Shown here one piece after another: positions 1 through 11,940 of a stretch of DNA of 64,000 nucleotides. The notes below the pieces were generated by a model, which was given only the letters and a program-made list of their open reading frames with translations, was not told where the DNA came from and did not search any database. This DNA comes from Camelus ferus (lineage: Eukaryota), in the NCBI RefSeq assembly GCF_009834535.1, contig NC_045696.1, positions 8,496,001 to 8,560,000 on the forward strand. Reading direction: 5' to 3'. The stretch's first letter is position 1. The number at the start of each line of letters is the position of its first letter. A program made the translations under genes and the position numbers.

Positions 1-12
1 CTGTGAATTCTG

Positions 13-271
13 TGATATTAGTTTTCTAGGGCTGCTGTAATACATTGCCACATGCTCGGTGGCTACTCAGTTCTAGAGGTTAGAAGTCCAAACTGGGTCT
101 TACTGGACTAAACTCAAAGTGTTGGTGAGCTGTGTTCTTTCTGGAAGCTCTAGGTGAGAATCCTTTCTCTTGCCCTTTTTCAGCTTTTAGAGGCTGTCTG
201 CATTCCTTAGCTCGTGTCCCCCTTTCATTAGGGTGGGGACATTTTGGGGGCCCATGATTCCTCCAGCCACA
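13..271 (-). mobile_element. MaLR LTR, MLT1 family (MLT1D-like), internally deleted
   Basis: Begins TTAGTTTTCTAGGGCTGCTGTAA, contains CAGTTCTAGAGG..AGAAGTCCAA and CTGGAAGCTCTAGG, and ends GGGGCCCATGATTCCTCCAGCCACA; this is the reverse complement of an MLT1 LTR as recalled. Confidence 0.8.
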
Positions 272-619
272 AAGACTAAGCCTGGAGGCGACACGATCTG
301 ACCGGTGTGCACTCCATGAATACAGGGGCCATGACTCTTTTGCTCACCACTGTCTACCCTGTGCTTGCTTGGCATTGTTGTGCCTGGCATGTAATGACCA
401 CTTCATAGCTTATTTGCTGAACCAATGTGGAAAAAGATATTTAAGAACTTCCAGCTGCAGAGGAAAGAAAGGGTTGAATTGGGGCAAGAATGGATGCAAA
501 GAGACCAGGAGGAAAGTTACTGGGGAAGAAAGATCAGAGTTGGACAAGGTGGTATCAGTGAATGGATCTGAGAGGAAGGTAGAAGTCCAACAAGACTTGG
601 AGGTTGATCGCACATGAGG

Positions 620-945
620 GTGGGTGATACTCAGATGGAGGAAGGTGGTCCTGTGCGACTGATACAGGGAACCTGGAGGAGAAGCAGGTTCAGATGAGCT
701 GATAAGGATAGAGTGAGATGGACTGTGTGTGAGGTCCCTGAGGTTGAGATACTTAAGTGTCCATCTCTAACAGGCAGTGGCAAATATGAGTCTGAGGCCC
801 AGGAGAGAGGTTGAGGCTGGAGTTTAAGATTTGGATGTCATCCCAGCATCTCAGTAGTTGTTCGTGGAAGTCACGGACTTAGATGTTGTCATGTAGAGGA
901 AGATTATAAATGGGGAAGGGGAGAGAGCCCGGAGTAAGTCCTGAA
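620..945 (-). mobile_element. L2 LINE fragment
   Basis: AGGCAGTGGCAAATATGAGTCTGAGGCCCAGGAGAGAGGTTGAGGCTGGAG...GATTTGGATGTCATC is the characteristic antisense L2 pattern. Confidence 0.7.
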
Positions 946-2319
946 TCACTGTTTCACAAAATCTGTTTCTCATTCCAGTATCACTGTTCCATGTGGTTGA
1001 GACTAAGACTTGGGAAAGGGTCATTGTTTGTGTTACGTGTTTTCACCCTCACACTGTTTTTAATGAACATTTCTTATTAGGATGAACCCTGGGGGGTTGG
1101 CATGGAATGTGGAAATCGCATATTTTTAGAAAACCCACTTAGAGATTGCTTGCACTGAAGTCCTTTGTATGAGATTTGGAATCTGGGTTCAGTTAGGTGC
1201 CGACTTAGCAACGTATGAGTGGAGAGTGTGGTAGGTGCCTCAGAACCTACCTGTAATGTAATGTAATCTGTACTGTCTAAACAGGCGCCCTCGGGGATGG
1301 AGGGGACTTCGGACTATATCCATCCTCACTTTCTTTCCTTGTTTACTTTCTTACCATGAATGATAGGGCTGAGCTGGAAGCCAGGGTCTGGGTATCCTGA
1401 GGGCCCAGGCCCAGCGAGACTATTTGCCCTTAGAGTAATAGTTCTGAAGAATGGAAAGGGCCAGGAAGTGACCCAAATCCAGTGACCTTACCCTGGGAAA
1501 CTGCATGAAGCCCTGTGACCAAATCTAAACAGAACAAAAGAAGAGAGAGTGTTTAGGGCCATGGCATTTAAGGGTATAGCTGGGAGTGGACAACCTTAGC
1601 AACTCTGTTCCAGGACTTTTAAACTCTGTTTCCAGGTTGAGAGAGGCCCAGCATACTTCAAGTTGTTTTTGAGACCCTAAGCATAAAAAAACAAAACACA
1701 AACAATGGCAAAAAAGGGGGGGAAATGCCAAAACAACATTGCAAATATTCCAGAATATTGAAGTTTACATCTAACAAATTCTTTTTAACCCAAAGGCCAC
1801 AACTCAGTATATCTGCGTGAGGCACAATATATATCAAGAACCAATAAATGACAGGAGATGAGTGGTTCTAGGCGCTGGAGGCACCCAGTGGGTGGAATTC
1901 ACCCCATCGCTGGAGGAGCTCACGTGGCTGAGGGGTGGGGAGTTCACCCCAGTGCCGGGAGTTCCTTGCTCTTGCCTTCTTCCCTTGAGTCTGAAGACTT
2001 GAAGATGATCTCACCTCCTTTGGCTCCTCTTGAGCTTAAATTCTCTGCTCCTTTTTGAACGAACCCTACATAGGTTGTATTTCTGTTTGTTTTACTGTGA
2101 AAATTGATTGCATTTTATTTTAAATATGTGCATATTATAAATAAATGTAAATATTATAAGCAGTTTTAATGCAAAATAAGGATCAAGTGTCTCATCCTTT
2201 GTTGTCGGTTCCAGGACATAGCCCTGTGTCTTGCACACTCAATGGAAAATTTTTGCTGGTTGACCCTTTTTGATGTTATGGTCCCATTTGGACTCTTATA
2301 TGACAATAGTTTAAAATGA

Positions 2320-2480
2320 CAGGTACAGACACTGCCAGCTGCCCACCAGTAGTTATATTCCCTTTCTTCTTTTCAGTAGTAGAAATTCCATTGTCTTAGG
2401 GGACAGCGACTGCTCAGCTGGAGACCACATTTCCCAGCTTCCTTTGCAGTTGGGTGTGGTCACCAGCGTAAGTTCAGGAT
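2320..2480 (+). mobile_element. Old ERVL/MaLR-type LTR fragment (LTR16-like)
   Basis: GACCACATTTCCCAGCTTCCTTTGCAGTTGGGTGTGGTCA motif typical of LTR16/late MLT1 LTRs. Confidence 0.55.
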
Positions 2481-2689
2481 GACGGGTCATGGGACACAGA
2501 GGGAGCCATTCCTGCAGCTTCTGGATTGTTCCCATCAACAGAAGCTTCAAGTTAGCTATGAAAGCTACTATTTCTACTCTTAGCATTCTGGGAGAAGAAC
2601 TTCACGTCTCCCTGATCCAGGCTGTGTGCCTGTGTGCATATTACCACATCACTTATCTCGCTTCTGTAAGAACCTTCATCTTCCAGACT

Positions 2690-2810
2690 CACTGTGAGCT
2701 CACTGAGCCCTTAGTCGTATTTGCCCCCGCCAGGACTGAATACCAGTCAGTGCTCCTGCCACATTAGAGGGTTCCCATAAACGTTTGCTAAACAAACTGA
2801 GCAATTAAGG
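2690..2810 (+). mobile_element. L2 3' end fragment
   Basis: ACTGTGAGCTC...CAGTGCTCCTGCCACATTAGAGGGTTCCCATAAACGTTTGCTAAAC resembles the L2 3' terminus. Confidence 0.5.
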
Positions 2811-3936
2811 GATACCTGGCACTACATCAGGTTTCCCATGTCGATTAAGGTCAATGTACAGAACGACGCAAGGATCACAGAAAGCACCTCATTCGTTTTT
2901 TTTGCTGGTCACTTCACATAGCTGATAGCAATGAATGTATTTCAACAATTAACCCCTCCCCTCATCCCATCCACCCTATAGACACTAGCCAGTGCTCCCA
3001 TGCCTTCATGTTTCCATCATCCATAAAATGCCCAAATATCTAGCCAACACTAGCAACCTTTTATTTTCAGTAAATATTTTTTAGTGTATTACTGCATGAT
3101 TCGGCCAGCGGTTAAATGTCAGCTTCAGAGAATCCTGTGGCTGCCTTACAGGAAGGCTGATCATTTAGAGATGTTCTTTTAAACAAAGTTGGTTGCTTTG
3201 TGACTGGAGAAGTGACCTTGACTTGTGGAGTTGTCATGACAGTGAATTCACATTTTAGAGCATCTCTGGGTAATATGACATCACTGAGCCATGCTGGACA
3301 CTGCCAGTGGCCATCAGTGCCATCATCAGCTTTCTGAATGTCTCTGGTTTCCCCTGGTTGGGGAATCCCAGGTTAGCTTCACTTGGGCTCTGAAAACCCT
3401 CCATCAATTGCTGTTTGTATGGCAGGGGCATAAACAGCAGGACAGGGTGGAAAAAAGAAACAAGTTTATTGTACTTAAGTGTGACCAGGAGCAGCAGTCA
3501 CTAATCACAGTGGAAATCCATTTTATTTTCCTTTCCTCATGTGCTTTTCTATAAACAGCAAAACACATTGAATCAATTTTTCAAACAAACTTGTAAAATC
3601 AGAAAATACAACGACCTTTAACAGTTGGTAGTATGAATTATCAGGGGCCACAAAGAGGTTTTTAACTATTGGAACACGTTGGCAATGTGACAAATGAGTG
3701 GTTCCCCCCCCCGCTTCCAAACCGTTAAAAATAGCTTTTATAAACTCTTAACTCCCTCTGATGGTGAGCTCACCATTAATCACCTTTATGACATCTTATA
3801 TTTAGGCCATGGATAAATCCATGGGTCCTAATCAACCACTTTCCTGAGGAAATTGGCCAAATCCCGACTGGAGGGGGAGATGAATCACAACAGCCCTGCT
3901 ATTCAGACAAATCTCTTTTCAAGTGCCCTTAAAGCT

Positions 3937-3960
3937 TTTTTTTTTTTTTTTTTTTTTTTT
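3937..3960. repeat. poly(T) tract (~24 nt)
   Basis: Read directly from the sequence. Confidence 0.95.
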
Positions 3961-5309
3961 CATACGCCAGCGAAGACAGCCACACAGGAAACAATAATAG
4001 TTTAATCTCTTGAAAAATTTCCTTCCTGCATTGCAGTGCTTTCAGACAGGTAGTCAGAGCCAGCCAAAGAAAATTAGCAGCAGCCCCTGCCAAGAGCAGG
4101 CTGATGCCTGAGCCTCTGAGCTCCCCCGCCCTTTCCTCCTCTTCCCCCGTCTCCAGGGTGCCAGCCTGCAGCGGGGTCCTCTTCCGCCCAGTGGTAGCCC
4201 CTGCCTACCTTGGACACGCCATCGGTGACTCATCGTGTGACTAGGAGTTTCTAAAGTCTCTCTGCCCTTCTTTTCCGAGTTTTCTCTAGGTTCTGGTGGG
4301 GAGGACATGTGTTGTCTAGAGAAGCACTTGGGGTTCTCAGGAAAATGCAGTTTCTCACAAGAGGGAGGGAGTCCCTGTAAACGTGCGTCTGTCTTCTGTT
4401 CTGAAATGTGTGGGACAGACAGGACCAACTTGCTGTGAGTCAACTTGCTTTGCCCTCCGCAAGCAGTGTGGGGCGAGAACCTTTAATTACATCCAACCGT
4501 TCATTGCAGGCTTTGTTTGGCCTGTCATAGCTGCTCTTCCTTGGGGGTTTGGTCACAGTGCTCAGGAGGTTCCAATCAGCAAGGTCACTGAACTGTGGAC
4601 AAAAAGAGACCCCTTCCCCCACTTCCCCCATCAGCCATTGGCCTCCAGCTCAGTTCTGTTCTCTTGACCCACAGGCTGCCAGCCCCGCAACCCCTCCCCT
4701 CACCTCTGCCTTGACATAGCACCTAACCCTCCTGCCTCTCAATTCTGGCTTCTCACTCAACAGTCTTTTTGTTTTTTTCCCCTTGGCTTGGTCAAGTTCA
4801 TGAGCGACTTCCGGGGCCTGGACAGAATTCATTGCATTCCAGCTCTCGTGTGTTCCCCCCACCCATGCTTGTGACGTGTGCAAAGAAAAATACTCTCTTT
4901 TTATATAGATTATAATGTTGACTAACCTCTCAGGTGACACAGGAGAGGGCAAAAGGATTCACTGGCCACATTTCTGACTGGCACAAAAGAAAGTGAACAA
5001 AATTTGTTATCATAAAAATAGCCCCTCAAGGCCACCCATGGTGTCTAGGAGTTCTCCGGATCTGTTCTCTTCCATTTTCAGGAGCAGCAGAAAGTATATG
5101 ATACAGGGCCTATTCATCTCTTTTTCCTCTATTATTACAGTTAACTGAAAATAAGCTTTGTAATATTTTCCTTAGAAAAGTATCTTAGCCAGCCAGGAAC
5201 ATTTTCTCAGTAGTCCAAGTCAGAAAATCAGCAATTCGTCTCCACACAGCAGCTGAGGGAAGACCCACAGCTCATGTTGTGGTAAAGGATTACCAACAAC
5301 CAAGGGGCA

Positions 5310-5670
5310 CCTTAAGATGTTCATCATAGTGTTATTTATAATAGCAATACATTATTAATGACTTCTATTTCCAGCAATAAGAGAATGCTTAAATCAATGT
5401 TATTACCATCCACATAACAGACACTTGTCACAGCTGTGAAAAGTTGTATTTTCAAAATACACTAAATCAATGGGGCTACGCTTACACTATCTTAAAGAAG
5501 AAAAGTAGAACACAGTGTTTATAATATTTAATTCCAATTTAAGTATATTTACTTTAGAAAAAAAGTGTTTTATTCCTGGTTAATAGAATTATGAGTGGTT
5601 TTAATTTCATTTTTACAACTTTTCATAATTTCCAAAATGTTTTTAATGTAGAAACAGTATTTTATAACTA
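5310..5670 (+). mobile_element. Ancient L1 (L1M-type) ORF2 end/3' UTR fragment
   Basis: AAGATGTTCATCATAGTGTTATTTATAATAGCAA is a degenerate copy of the L1 'MFIAALFTIAK' region, followed by AT-rich 3' UTR-like sequence. Confidence 0.6.
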
Positions 5671-6999
5671 TATTCATACAGAATTAGATACTGTGTCTGG
5701 TGGCTTTGCTGGCTTAGTTTTATTTGGGAAGTTTCCTCCTCTCTGAATTTTTATTTGGAATCTCTTGGAAGAAGGAAGGGTAGAGGGTAGGAAGGGAGAA
5801 AAAGAGAAAGGAGGGCAGAATGATTATTTCTGTATTTTGTCTTTAAAGTTTTTGTGTTATATATTTTCAGTGAGCACTAGTATTTCTTAAACACTGTGTT
5901 TTCCCTGGAGTTCTGACACCAGGCAGAGGATAAAGACATGGAGATACCAGCTGGTTAGGGAAAAGGGATGTTGACTCACATGTTCTGAGGAGACACTGAA
6001 TTTATGACGCTGCATCAAAGATGTCTTTGAACAGTGGCATCACTATGTAAATGAGCTCTGAAGCAATAACATTTGGCAAAGTCAAGATCTCTGAGAGGGA
6101 CTTTTAAGGCAACATTAGGTTTTATCTTCTGGGCCCATGAAAGACTATGAATGTCTGGAATTTGACGTTTGATAAGAAATACACCTACTCGACATAATTA
6201 AAAAGGGATGTCTGAAGAGAGCGACTGATGAAATGAAACATTCAGAATAAACAGGACATAATTAAATAGCAGGGAGGGGGCTTGTCTGGCCCTGGGCAGG
6301 CATCTCTGTCTTATTATCAGCTTGCTCCTCTTGTAATGCCTGTGACTGTAGTCAGCTAAGCCCCGATTTGCCTGCCTTCATTTCGTAAAAGTTTTGTGAC
6401 TCCATAAACAAAGATGGTGTGGTGGGAGCCAGAGTGAGATCCCCTGGCCGAGCCCAGTCTAAGCCTCAGAATCAGGCTCAAGTGAAACAGTGCCTTGCCC
6501 AGGTCAAGGCCGTGTCAGTGTGTTAGGGCTTTGCTTGTTTCCACCCAAAGTTCAGGTGAGTGCAGAGCAAGGTCATGTGCCTCTCTGGCCATCACCGGAT
6601 AGATGCTGCTTCTTTTGCTTAGTTGTTGAGAGAGACCCTGGTCCAGCAGACTCAGGATTGATTGCTCTTGAAAGCACAAGAAATCACAATGTGATTTCCT
6701 GACCCTGAGGACGTGTGTGTGGTTGTCAGCTTCTCTGCTTGGGGCAAGGTGTGGAGGGAGAGTGGCATGCCATGCTGGATGGGTGGGCAGGGGCCAAAAT
6801 TTTCCTCTTGTTCTCTCTCCATTGCCCCCACCTAACCCAGGCTTCTGTGATCTTTCCAGAAGCATGCTAAGTGTTCACCAAGGGGTTCATTTTTCTCCTG
6901 GCCACACATTCTCCACCGGCTGAATGTGATCCAGGGAGAACTCCGAGGACCAGAGAATGGTGGAGTCAGCAGGAGGAAGGGCCAGGGTCTCTGAATCAC

Positions 7000-7116
7000 C
7001 TTGCTGCTGACTGCCCGAATCAGACTGTGATACGGGTAGTGCATAAACCTTTACTAGGCTAAGCTGCTGGGGTTTAGGATTGTTTGCTGTAACAGTTAGA
7101 CTGTCTGACCAGTACC
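7000..7116 (+). mobile_element. Old MaLR/ERVL LTR 3' end
   Basis: ATAAACCTTT..CTAAGCTGCTGGGGTTTAGGATTGTTTGCTGTAACAG..CTGACCAGTAC resembles an MLT1/LTR16 3' terminus. Confidence 0.5.
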
Positions 7117-7159
7117 AGGTGGTTGCAAAATCTAACTTTCCAATGGCCGGTATGCCGTC

Positions 7160-7270
7160 CTTGTTCTGCGCCTCAATTCCTCATCTTTAAAATGGGAAAT
7201 TCACAGGTCTTACATCGTAGGGCTGCGGCAAAGCAGACTCACTGAGCTGTGCCTGGTACTCAGTGACATG
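7160..7270 (+). mobile_element. MIR SINE fragment
   Basis: GCCTCAATTCCTCATCTTTAAAATGGGA core and GTGCCTGGTACTCAGT tail. Confidence 0.65.
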
Positions 7271-7896
7271 TTGGCCCCCACTGCCATTACTAGCGGTAGT
7301 GCCAGGATGACTCCGTCTACTAGGACAGCAGCCCAGTACTGCCATGGAGCTTTCTTTGGGGAGGAAGAAGCCCAGGAAGCTGCTCGTTTCAAGAAAGGCT
7401 ATCACGGATCTCGCGCTTCCTGAGTGGGGAAATAGGTTTCTTGATGAGAACTCACGTGATGTACCAGCCAAACTGATTAACAAGAAGCCTTAGATCATAT
7501 CACTCAGGGACGTGCATGGAATGGGTACCTTTCATATTGTTATGCAACAAAGGCCACCTCGTGATTCACAATGGATTTGGAGGGAAGAGATCATTCTGGG
7601 TTATGAGAAAATTGTCGAGAAGTTCATGGAGAAGCAATTCGTTATTTAATCTTTCTACCTTGTTTGGAAGTGGTGATCTCAGTACGCCATGAGCTTAGCC
7701 TTAGAAATGTGATAGTGGCTGTAGAGTAAATGTGACTGTTCAGTAGAGACTTGCTTTATGAAACTCAGGGTAAGGGGATTTTAAACAAAATAATGTGGCA
7801 TCTACAACGACATCCCAACCAATGAATTAGGGTAATTAGAACTGTTTCAATTGGCTAGCCGATAAAGGCTAGTGTCCTAGGAGGGGTAGTTGAAAA

Positions 7897-8095
7897 GTCT
7901 AGTGTGGTCATTATGAATGTCAGCTGTGGAGTGAGACCATCTGGGTTCAAATTCAGCAACTTACCAGCTGTATTACCCTGGGCAAATTACTTAGTCTCTC
8001 TGGGCTTTGGTTTCTAGCTTTGTAAAGTAGAAATAATCATAATCATAATACTTCTTGTAAAAGATTTTGAGGAATAAATGAGTTAATACATTAAA
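7897..8095 (+). mobile_element. MIR SINE
   Basis: CTGGGTTCAAATTCAGC..ACTTACCAGCTGT..CCTGGGCAAATTACTTAGTCTCTCTGGGC..GAGGAATAAATGAGTTAATACAT. Confidence 0.85.
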
Positions 8096-8624
8096 AAAAA
8101 AGCTTAAAATAGAATGATAGTAATTTTAGTACCAGAAAACATTGTTTAGTACCTTTGTCCAGAACATAGCCATCTATTTCAAGGGTGTTGTAAGTTTTTA
8201 TAACTTTGAACGCCAATCTTAAGGAACTCCCCCAGGGGTCTGGTGTAGAACTGTGTCTGCCTGGTTCAGTGGATGTTGCAGCAGTGGGAAGGAAAGGGCT
8301 CTGTGCCCAGATGATGCTGCGCTGCATTTGCACCAAGATGCTCATTTTCATACTTTTTGTTTGTAGATATTTTTTGAGCCAACCCGAATGCTTCTGAAGG
8401 CTGTCCACTGATGAGGAGGACTGGGAAGGTAAGAATGAGCCTGGTGGACAGAAGTACAAAAGATCATTTATGATGTTAACTCATCTCTGAAGATGGAAAG
8501 AAGCTGCCATCTTCCCATTTTGCAGAGAATTATCTTCCAGGAAATTATTTTTCTTCACTTCTTTGCTTCTTTCTCTCCATTTCCCAACTCTTCCTCAGAA
8601 CACAATTTCCAACCATAAGGCATA

Positions 8625-8760
8625 TATATTTTGAAACTTTTGTTTGGAAATAATTTCAAACCTACAGGAGAACTTCAACGAGAGTATTTACAAAGAACAA
8701 ATATTCTTTACCCAGATTCACCTGTTGTGAACACTTTACTTTCTTTCCCATTTGTCTTCT

Positions 8761-8809
<49 letters not shown>

Positions 8810-9080
8810 AAATATTTTTTTCTGAACATTTGTAAGTTGCATACATCAAGGTCTGTCATCCTCAAATACCTCAGTGTATATATCTCTTAAGAACAAGGAT
8901 AATTATTCTCTTCCATAACCACAGAGCACTTATATCAACTTTGGTAAACATAACATCAATACAATACTATTATCTAATCTGCTGTCCATATTCCAGTTTT
9001 ATCCAAATAAGATCCTTTAAACAATTTCTTCCTTCAATAGAGCATCTAGTCTAAGGTTGCATTTAGGTATATGATTGTTT
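8625..9080 (-). mobile_element. Old L1 3' end (L1MC4/5-like) with an internal (TA)n
   Basis: TTGGAAATAATTTCAAACCTACAGGAGAACTT..TTTACCCAGATTCACC..TAAGAACAAGGATA..CATAACCACAG..TTATCTAATCT is the antisense L1MC 3' UTR pattern. Confidence 0.75.
8764..8803. repeat. (TA)20 microsatellite
   Basis: Read directly from the sequence. Confidence 0.95.
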
Positions 9081-11249
9081 AGTTTCCATAAGCCACATTT
9101 TAAATAAGACAGAATACTTTAAAGCGCTAAAAGGTTAGACTTCCTTTATTGGTCTTAATCACAAAAGCAAACCAGAAAAGGGACCGCTTTGCTTACCATC
9201 TTCCCACCTCTGTTGAGTTCTGGCTTTTTAATTGGTCAAAAGGCAGCAGGGAACCATGAAGTGTGTTCTGAATCCACCCAAGTCTGTGTGTGAAGGGCAT
9301 CCTTCTTCCATCTTCCCACGTGAAGTGTCGCTATTAATTACACTAAGTGACAAAGATTATCCTTGTTGCTTGATGGACACAAGGATGAATCTTTGTTACT
9401 GACTGCAAATAATAGAAGTCTGGTGGTGATGGCGAGTCAGGCCAGGAAAACACGCTCCAAGCCGCACAGTGGGCATATGGCGCTTTCTTCTGAGTCAACC
9501 CAGGAGGCTGCAGGGAGACAGAGTGGGCATTATTTGGTCAAGTTCCTCCTATGAAAATACAACCTCCATCCTTTTTGCTTGTTCAGTTCTGGCACTGGAA
9601 CAGCCTGTCTCTTTACATTAGCTCAGTTCTGTAGAGAAATGGTCATTTAGAGGGAAATACTTGGAAAACCCAGGCATGAATCCATTTTTAAAGTCACAAC
9701 TGAATGATTGCTTTCTTATTGTGCTACGTGGGGCTGGAAAAGTCATTCCTTTCCATACATATTTTTCTTTATTTGCTTTGTATTTTCATTCTGCTTAAAA
9801 CACACATATGTGCCAGAAATGAAAACGTTTTCAAAGGGCAGGTTTCAAGGACTCCTAAAAATAAGACCAGTTGCCAAATATACATTTCCCCAATATGTAA
9901 ATGATCGAAACGGAGCACAATGAAAATCACATGCTATTCAACTTTTCTTTAGAAAAACAAGAAGTAGAGGATTTAACTTCTAGCCCTGAAACTCTTTAAA
10001 CTACTGGTTTCCATTTAAATTTTATCCCAAGTCTTCAGACACCATTCTTTGCATATTTTACATCTATCTTTTCATCAAAACTGAAAAAAAAAGCTACGAA
10101 GAAGAATTTTATTCTCCAAATGGGAATATGTCATTTCATTACATCAGTCTGTGACTTGACATGAAGCTTTCAAGTAATTGTCAAGGCTAAAAAGGGTATA
10201 AGCACCCAGAAGATCTGGGTCACTAGCGACCGCTTCATAGACCCAAAGAAGGATCATGAGTTGGACAATAGATGCAAATTTATCAGAGGAAGAAGCCTCT
10301 TATTTCTTGCCTTCTAAGGTTTGCAATCAGGAATTGCCTCAAACTTTTTCTGGAAAAAAAAAAAGGCAGAGCATAAATATATTAATTAAAATCAAGGATG
10401 TCATTGGTGAGAGGGATTTGCATAGAATTCCGTGGTGGTCTCTCAGTGCGGATGAATGCCACCCATACTTAAAGCTGTGCCCTGTCATTTTAGAATTTTC
10501 ATTTTTTACAAAAAATCCCACTGGTGAGCTACTTTCTCAAATTCCTTGTTTTATTTTCTGGAAAACATATATATATATTTTTATCAACAACAAGTCAACA
10601 CTTATAATTATCATATGTCATCCTGTCAAGGAATCACAGACCTGAGTGGCTGCACCCCTCCTGGGAAGGCTCTCGTGGGGCCGGCATCCTCTCAGCTCAC
10701 TGGAGCCCTTCTCTCCTTCCATCGGGGCTGGGGAGACAGTGCTGGTCCACGAAGTACGGCAGAAGGTCTAGACCTTTACCCTTGGAATTATCTTGCTTTC
10801 CCAGCTCTGGTTAAATTTTGCCTTCCATATCTCAATATTTCCATGGTTAGAGCATGGAAAAAGAAACTTAGAAAAGGTTTCACCTTTGCTGTTAGAAAGT
10901 TATGACCTTTGCTCACATTTGCCAGAGAAAGTGGCGTATAGCACCCATTAACATGAATTATTAACTCCCAGATTAATAATTTATTAGAAACCTAACGGCC
11001 CTGGGTACCACCAGATCGCACCATTGAAGGAAAAACGAAGAAAACAACATAGCTCTAATTGTAACAATTTGTTGGCCATGCTTAGAGTAAGTGATGGCAT
11101 TTAGACTCTCTAAAGGATTTTTAAATTTCTCCTCTAATACTATACTGGCTGCAAAGTCAGACAAATTAACGAATAACTCCTATAATGACTGGTATGGATG
11201 TTGATTTTTTAAAAAAAATTATTTAACAAATACTCATATTCCTTTTCCT

Positions 11250-11386
11250 TCGTGTCCACTTGTATTCAAAGCACTTGCACACGTTCCTTCTTTAATCCTC
11301 CTAATGACCATCCGAGTTGGACACTGTTCCTGTCATCCCCGTGTGCCCGAAGCTTTGCCTAGTCACACAAATACAGGGTAACTGGG
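11250..11386 (-). mobile_element. MIR SINE, left part (interrupted by MLT1B)
   Basis: AAGCACTTGCACACG..TTTAATCCTCCTAATGACC..TTTGCCTAGTCACACA; the element resumes after 11868. Confidence 0.6.
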
Positions 11387-11868
11387 TGTATTCGTTTGCA
11401 CATAGGGCTGCCGTGACAAAGTACCACAAGCCAGGTGGCTTAAACAACGGAAATGGATCGGCTCACAGCTCTGGAGTCCAAGATCCAGAAGTCCAGGATC
11501 AAGTCGTCCGCAGGATTGTTTCCCCCTGAGGCTGTGAGGGAGAGTCTGCTCTGTGCCTCTCTCTGAGCGTCTGCTGGTCTGCTGACCATCTCTGGTGTTC
11601 CTGGATGCGCAGAATCACCACCGCGATCTCTGCCTTCATCTTTACGAGTCATTTTCCCTGTGTGTGCGTCCGTGTGTCCAAATTTCCCCTTGTTATAAGG
11701 ACACCGGTTGTATTTCCTTGAGGCCCACCCTAATCACGTAATTTTAACTTGATTACCTCTGTAAAAACCAGATCTCCAAAGAAGGTGACATTCTGAGGGG
11801 TCAGGGGGTTAGGACTCCAACCTAGGAATTTTGGGAGGCAGGGAGTGGGCATGATTCAACCCATAATG
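11387..11868 (-). mobile_element. MaLR LTR MLT1B, near full length
   Basis: TGTATTCGTTTGC..AGGGCTGCCGTGACAAAGTACCACAA..GGTGGCTTAAACAAC..CCAAATTTCCCCTTGTTATAAGGACACC..ATTCAACCCATAA. Confidence 0.9.
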
Positions 11869-11940
11869 CTAGCAGAGCTGGCGTTCACGCCCAGGAACTC
11901 TGGCTTGGGTCTGAGTGCTTAACTACCGTGCTAAACTGTC
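11869..11940 (-). mobile_element. MIR SINE, right part
   Basis: GCAGAGCTGGCGTTCACGCCCAGGAACTCTGGC..GTGCTTAACTACCGTGCT is the antisense MIR 5' half. Confidence 0.65.

Noticed and set aside
6500..6562. Perfect donor CAG|GTGAGT at ~6555
   Set aside because: No convincing acceptor, promoter or reading frame accompanies it, and isolated donors are common by chance
8631..8865. ORFs containing YIYIYI runs (also 20989-21216)
   Set aside because: These are translations of (TA)n microsatellites
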